A stretch of 64,000 nt of DNA from Bacilli bacterium (GTDB lineage: Bacteria; Bacillota_I; Bacilli_A; RF39; UBA660), in contig JAFXXX010000003.1 in assembly GCA_017542065.1 (NCBI GenBank), forward strand, positions 12,049-76,048. The letters are read 5' to 3'. Within the stretch, counting starts at the first letter, position 1, and each line of letters opens with the position of its first letter. Under the pieces are notes generated by a model. It was not told the origin of the DNA and searched no databases. It worked only from the letters and a program-made list of their open reading frames with translations. The position numbers and the translations under genes are program-made. Below are positions 57,995-64,000 of the stretch, piece by piece.

Positions 57995-59059
57995 CTATTC
58001 TTTGACATATTTTTGGACAAATTTAAAGCTTTTATCATCTTCAAAGGGGAAAACCTCATCTTTTAATCTTTTACTTTCAGCAGTCCACTCTATATGATTA
58101 TAGAACGCATTTTTTCTTTGATAGACATATTCATCATCTACAAGTCCATTATTATATATTTTATATAAAGTCTTAAGATGTTTCTTCATTCGTTGTTTTG
58201 AAGAATGCCTTAATTTTACAATTATTTTACCATTACTATTTATAATATGCCTGTATCCCAAAAAATCAATACCATTTTTAGTCATCCCTATCTGAGTTTT
58301 ATCGTTTAATTCTAGGTCTAATATATTGTTACAATATTCTTCTATTTTTTTCTTACACAATGACAAATATTCTTTATCTTTATGTATTAAAATCATATCA
58401 TCCATATATCTCACATAATGTTTTATTTTTAATTGTTCCTTAATAAAATGATCAACTCCATTTAGGTATAAAAGTGCAAACCATTGACTTGTTTGGTTAC
58501 CTAAAGGAAGCCCTTTAGTTGCATTATCAGGTTGTTCTTTAATAAGTTTTTTCATAATCCACATTTCATCATCGGAAAAGTCAATCTTTTCTAGCATACT
58601 TATCAAAATATCATGGTTTATACTTGGAAAATATTTACAAATATCACACTTTAAGAAATATATATTATTATCTTTACTCTTCATATACTCATTTCTTAAA
58701 AATATATGTAATCGATTAATTGCAAAAGTAGTCCCTTTATTTTTTCTACATGCACAATTATCATATATTAACTTCACTTCAATCTTGTCTCTTAAAACAA
58801 TGTCACAAAAGCATCTAACCATTACCCTATCTTTAAAGGGTAGGGCTTCAATCAATCTCTCTTTTGGTTCGTAGATATAGAACTTTTTATACTTACCAAG
58901 TTTATAAGTTTTATTTATTAATTCCTTGCTTAAATTGCTTATATTAACGGAAAGATTTGATTCAAATCTTATAACCTCCCCTTTATGTTGCTTTGAATTT
59001 CTACAATGTTTATATGCACTATATAGATTTTCAAATGAAAATATTTCACTCAAATTCAT
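57995..59059 (-). CDS. DGR reverse transcriptase
   Basis: RT motifs including LPLGNQTSQ ((I/L)GxxxSQ, diagnostic for DGR RTs as I recall) and YMDD. ATG at 59059, 8 nt after GGAGG (the TTG at 59074 is rejected). Lies between the TR and the target gene. Confidence 0.92.
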   Translation of the reverse strand: MNLSEIFSFENLYSAYKHCRNSKQHKGEVIRFESNLSVNISNLSKELINKTYKLGKYKKFYIYEPKERLIEALPFKDRVMVRCFCDIVLRDKIEVKLIYDNCACRKNKGTTFAINRLHIFLRNEYMKSKDNNIYFLKCDICKYFPSINHDILISMLEKIDFSDDEMWIMKKLIKEQPDNATKGLPLGNQTSQWFALLYLNGVDHFIKEQLKIKHYVRYMDDMILIHKDKEYLSLCKKKIEEYCNNILDLELNDKTQIGMTKNGIDFLGYRHIINSNGKIIVKLRHSSKQRMKKHLKTLYKIYNNGLVDDEYVYQRKNAFYNHIEWTAESKRLKDEVFPFEDDKSFKFVQKYVKE

Positions 59060-59438
59060 AATATTTACCTCCAAATAAAATGAACACCCCTTATAACGCG
59101 CAAAGAGTTAAAACCCGTTGGTTGTGTGAGTGTTTTTTTATTTTTCTATCGCACTAAGATTTAATCTGTTAGCGATTGGAAAAGAAGAAAATTCCTTCAC
59201 CTTACAATACTGATATATTTTACTTAAAATATATTTCTCTGATCTGTTTTTTGAATTATAACTAATTCCTTCAAAAGTGAATCTGGACGAGCCCCATTAT
59301 TACGATTGTTGACATTGTTGTTGTTATCATTACCATTGTTATTAACAACGCGCGCGCGAGTCAAGAGAGTGGCTCTAAAAAACGCAACGACACAAAAACA
59401 AATTTTCTCCTTAATTAAAGGCCTTTCAACCTAAAATC
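59060..59438 (-). ncRNA. DGR RNA region (81-nt leader + 75-nt TR + 223-nt spacer up to the RT start)
   Basis: Non-coding interval between avd and RT that contains the TR. By analogy with the Bordetella phage BPP-1 DGR, TR plus the downstream spacer form the template-primer RNA. Transcript ends are not determinable here. Confidence 0.6.
59283..59357 (-). repeat. DGR template repeat (TR)
   Basis: Coding-strand sequence GCGCGCGCGTTGTTAATAACAATGGTAATGATAACAACAACAATGTCAACAATCGTAATAATGGGGCTCGTCCAG. In the VR frame it reads ARVVNNNGNDNNNNVNNRNNGARP, the AAY-rich design typical of TRs. Confidence 0.93.
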
Positions 59439-60023
59439 CTAATTTTTATTTTTCCATCTCTCATCATCACTTTTCTTCCAACTCGTGATTAGATTAATGG
59501 CTTCAGCAAGTTGCATTGAAATTTGTTTATATTGCCTTGTTAAAATACAACCTGATGATTCTGCAACCATAGAAACATAACCCAATAATTTCAGTTTAAC
59601 AATAGCTTCTCTTTGATAACTCTCTCTTTTTTCTTTATTTAAAGCAGAATCAATTCTAATAAAATTTGCCTTTAATAAATATTCTATCGTATCTAAGCAA
59701 TAATTCTGCATTCTATTAACAAAAACTCCTCGAAATTTCTTAGGAGATTTTTCGGTTATAGTAATTACATAAGCACATAATTTCTTCACTACGGTAATTA
59801 CAACTAGATCTTTTGCATTAAATGGGAGTTTATCTATTATTTTTATTTCATTATCTTCCACCTCAGCTTTTTCTTTTTCCCTTTTGGAATTAAATTTTCT
59901 ACCTTCAGCTATTGCAATTACTTTTTTTGTTTCAATAATATCTTCTACATTATTTGCGCTCTTAGTAGTTATTTCTATCTCTTTTGGGATTTTTAAATTA
60001 TTATTCCTACTTACTTGTAACAC
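59439..60023 (-). CDS. avd: Avd-like accessory variability determinant (four-helix-bundle type) with an N-terminal extension
   Basis: The C-terminal ~125 aa (LPFNAKDLVVITVVKKLCAYVITITEKSPKKFRGVFVNRMQNYCLDTIEYLLKANFI...LITSWKKS) fits the basic helical Avd pattern. Position is immediately upstream of the TR. GTG at 60023, 5 nt after GGAGGA, is preferred to the ATG at 60059. Confidence 0.7.
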   Translation of the reverse strand: MLQVSRNNNLKIPKEIEITTKSANNVEDIIETKKVIAIAEGRKFNSKREKEKAEVEDNEIKIIDKLPFNAKDLVVITVVKKLCAYVITITEKSPKKFRGVFVNRMQNYCLDTIEYLLKANFIRIDSALNKEKRESYQREAIVKLKLLGYVSMVAESSGCILTRQYKQISMQLAEAINLITSWKKSDDERWKNKN

Positions 60024-60076
60024 AGTATTCCTCCAATCCAAAACAAACACAAGATACAATTGCTTTATATAATATA

Positions 60077-61498
60077 TTATATACTATAATTGTCAGATTT
60101 TGTCTTATAGAATTCTTCTGCAGCTTCTTCCATTTCTTTATTAATAGAATTAATAGCTTTATTTATTTCAGATCTATTAATAATTTTAGGAGGATTAAAT
60201 ATAACACTATGTTCTTTATCTTTGATAAATCCTTTTTGATATAAATCGTCAGATAATTGTTTATAGAATCTAGAAGTAGTGTAGTCTTGACTATTAGCAT
60301 GTTTACAAAGATAAGTAACTAATTCTAAATGTTCTTTATCTTTTGTATGGATATATGTTTTTAATAATTCTTCTGAGCCTTCATAATTTTTTATTTTTCT
60401 TTCGTATCTTTGATTCATATCAGCTAGTTCATCATTTTTCTTAATTAACTCATTATTTCGTTTATTTAAATATTCTACATTACCTTTTACTTTATTAATA
60501 TTTTGATATATTTCTTTTAGTCTTAAAAATACTTCTTCCATTCTTTGAACTTCATCATTTAATTCAATAAATCTAACTATTTGCTTTTCTGTTAATTTAT
60601 AATTATTAAATTCATCTGGTTCAATTTCATAGAATATCTCATCTAATTCTTTAGATGTTTTATCAATTTTATCAACTAACTCATCTGATTCTTTAATACT
60701 TTTTTTATTTACTTCTAATTGATTCATTATTTCATTATAGTTTGCCATATCTTTAACGTGTATATTAAATGCTCGACCTTTTTGTTTTTCTTTTAATTCA
60801 GCTTTGTGTTCATCATTTAATCCATAAACCTCATTATAAGCATTAATACATTTTTCTCTCATATAGTCTTGTAATTTTTCAAGTTTTTCTTTTGTAAAGA
60901 CTGCAGACTTACCCACTTGAATATTCATTCCTCTAGTATTGTTATATTTAATTGGAACTCCTACAACATGCATATGAGGTGATCCTTCATCTAAGTGAAC
61001 AACTGCAGAGCATATTTTAAAATCTGGAGCTTTATGTTCTAAATCCTTTAATTGTTGATTAAATACATTGACCATTTTTTGTTTATAATCTAGATTCTTT
61101 GTATCCCAAAAATCTTTATTTCCAAGTTCAATTATAATTTCACAAGCTAAATCTTTTTGTTCATCATCTGATACATGTTTAAAATAATCATTAATCATTC
61201 TACTAGCTCTTGATTGTTTTGAGTTATATTCTATTCTAGATTCTTCAAACATATCTAGATATAATTCTTTAACATCCGATACAACATCATTAGTTCCTCT
61301 AAGTCCATAAATATATTCTGTATCTCCATCATATTTTCTAAAATCATGATTACTTACTTTTGATAATTGTTGAGAATTTTGAATAGCATTATTTGCAAAA
61401 GAGGTAGTGCCACTTAAATTATTTTTACTTTTTGCTTTTGCTTTTCTAGACTTATTTCCGTCATTACCAAGATGAAATGAATAGGCTAAAGTTTCCAT
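60077..61498 (-). CDS. mob: MobV-family (Mob_Pre) relaxase
   Basis: HLDEGSPHMHVVGVPI matches the HxDExxPHxH motif III of MobV relaxases. N-terminal HDFRKY (HxxR-like). Long coiled-coil C-terminus. Confidence 0.85.
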   Translation of the reverse strand: METLAYSFHLGNDGNKSRKAKAKSKNNLSGTTSFANNAIQNSQQLSKVSNHDFRKYDGDTEYIYGLRGTNDVVSDVKELYLDMFEESRIEYNSKQSRASRMINDYFKHVSDDEQKDLACEIIIELGNKDFWDTKNLDYKQKMVNVFNQQLKDLEHKAPDFKICSAVVHLDEGSPHMHVVGVPIKYNNTRGMNIQVGKSAVFTKEKLEKLQDYMREKCINAYNEVYGLNDEHKAELKEKQKGRAFNIHVKDMANYNEIMNQLEVNKKSIKESDELVDKIDKTSKELDEIFYEIEPDEFNNYKLTEKQIVRFIELNDEVQRMEEVFLRLKEIYQNINKVKGNVEYLNKRNNELIKKNDELADMNQRYERKIKNYEGSEELLKTYIHTKDKEHLELVTYLCKHANSQDYTTSRFYKQLSDDLYQKGFIKDKEHSVIFNPPKIINRSEINKAINSINKEMEEAAEEFYKTKSDNYSI

Positions 61499-61565
61499 AT
61501 ATTACCTCCTTTTAAAAGAATAGTATGAGCTCCCAGATTGGGATGCCAAACTATTTAACCCTCTA

Positions 61566-61595
61566 AGAAGATTGTACGCGAGCATACAATCTTCT
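61566..61595. other. Perfect 11-bp inverted repeat upstream of mob: candidate oriT (or recombinase terminator)
   Basis: agaagattgta-cgcgagca-tacaatcttct read directly. On the minus strand it is not followed by a T-run, which argues against a simple terminator. Confidence 0.4.
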
Positions 61596-61600
61596 GCGGG

Positions 61601-63511
<1,911 letters not shown>

Positions 63512-63543
63512 TCATCCCCTTTAAACCTTGTTCTAGCATTAAG

Positions 63544-63819
63544 TTAATTAATTGACTCATTGTTATATTTTTCTGTTTTATTATTTTTTCTAGATGATTT
63601 CTTTTCTTCTTGTTTAGACTTAACTTCATTGTATTCCTCCTTTTTATTTACATAATCACTTTCACATTTAAGGATTCTTTTATCACATTCGTTAATAATT
63701 ATCTTGTGTTCTTCTTCTGTTAATAAACTTTTTTCTTTATATAATCTGTCTATAATATTTTTTATATGTTTTAGATATAAAACCTCATTTATTGTTTCAT
63801 CTAATCTAATCTTATTCAT
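63544..63819 (-). CDS. Small K/E-rich hypothetical protein upstream of the recombinase
   Basis: ORF only. Possibly a recombination directionality or regulatory factor judging by position alone. Confidence 0.35.
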   Translation of the reverse strand: MNKIRLDETINEVLYLKHIKNIIDRLYKEKSLLTEEEHKIIINECDKRILKCESDYVNKKEEYNEVKSKQEEKKSSRKNNKTEKYNNESIN

Positions 63820-64000
63820 TTAATATTTCCTTTCGATTTACAAAAAAAGAGGAGACAGCAGTACCTAAAAGTCTATGTACTACTGACTCCTCTAAATAAT
63901 CGATATTATAAATAAATATTTTTTGTTTGTTTTTAATCATAGATGTACCTCCATTTCTAGAGTTACCTCTTTCATTGGTTATTTATAATATCACTTTTAT

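Noticed and set aside
57995-59074. Group II intron-encoded RT/maturase
   Set aside because: At 354-359 aa it is too short to hold maturase X/DNA-binding/En domains. I could not find a domain V/VI-like RNA structure or intron boundary motifs flanking the ORF.
57731-59357. GCGCGCGC / GGGGCTCGTCC GC-rich islands as assembly artefacts or restriction-site clusters
   Set aside because: They occur as the matching ends of the TR/VR pair and lie in frame within a long ORF, so they are fully explained as DGR homology clamps.
57995-59438. Retron (RT plus upstream msr/msd non-coding RNA)
   Set aside because: The upstream non-coding segment has a 75-nt near-copy inside the downstream gene that differs only at adenines (TR/VR). 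The RT has the (I/L)GxxxSQ motif, and an Avd-like gene precedes it. This fits a DGR rather than a retron, and no msr/msd-type flanking inverted repeats were seen.
63812-63940. 42-aa ORF (MIKNKQKIFIYNIDYLEESVVHRLLGTAVSSFFVNRKEILNE) with GGAGGT RBS overlapping the start of ORF 63544-63819
   Set aside because: The same stretch (about 63843-63889) forms an imperfect 14-bp hairpin followed by a T-run on the minus strand, so it could equally be a terminator. The window ends too soon to decide, and it is left unannotated.

Overview
AT-rich, standard-code, Bacillota-like chromosome segment in three parts. (i) 1-2.7 kb is the right end of an integrated element (HTH protein, small ORFs, Xis-like protein, tyrosine integrase) next to a tRNA-Arg(ACG)/tRNA-Pro(UGG) operon. 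(ii) About 3-53.6 kb is a mostly minus-strand housekeeping core: sufS-sufU, prsA, recX, rpoZ, ftsY-ylxM-ffh, rnj, rpsO-pnp, truB, a dnaD-like gene, hup, der, engB, nrnA, ackA, an rluB-like gene, rmuC, hsp20 with a CIRCE operator, a MazG/NUDIX cluster and an ABC exporter. Lineage-specific repeat proteins and two very large surface proteins are interspersed. (iii) About 53.6-64 kb is an accessory mobilizable element (large serine recombinase, MobV relaxase, candidate oriT) carrying a complete diversity-generating retroelement (avd - TR - RT). The 75-nt template repeat (59283-59357) matches a 75-nt variable repeat (57664-57738) with 16 differences, all at TR adenines on the coding strand. Unusually, the VR lies in the N-terminal lectin-like domain (aa 75-100) of a signal-less 718-aa MoxR/AAA_5-type ATPase. 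That gene is translationally coupled to a 129-aa degenerate AAA-like ORF, followed 10 nt later by a Zn-metallopeptidase/VWA (DUF2201-type) gene whose RBS overlaps the 129-aa ORF's stop. I read this as a candidate hypervariable, NTPase-driven intracellular recognition (conflict or defence?) system. No rRNA, CRISPR array or phage structural genes were seen. All family assignments come from motif recognition by eye, not database searches.
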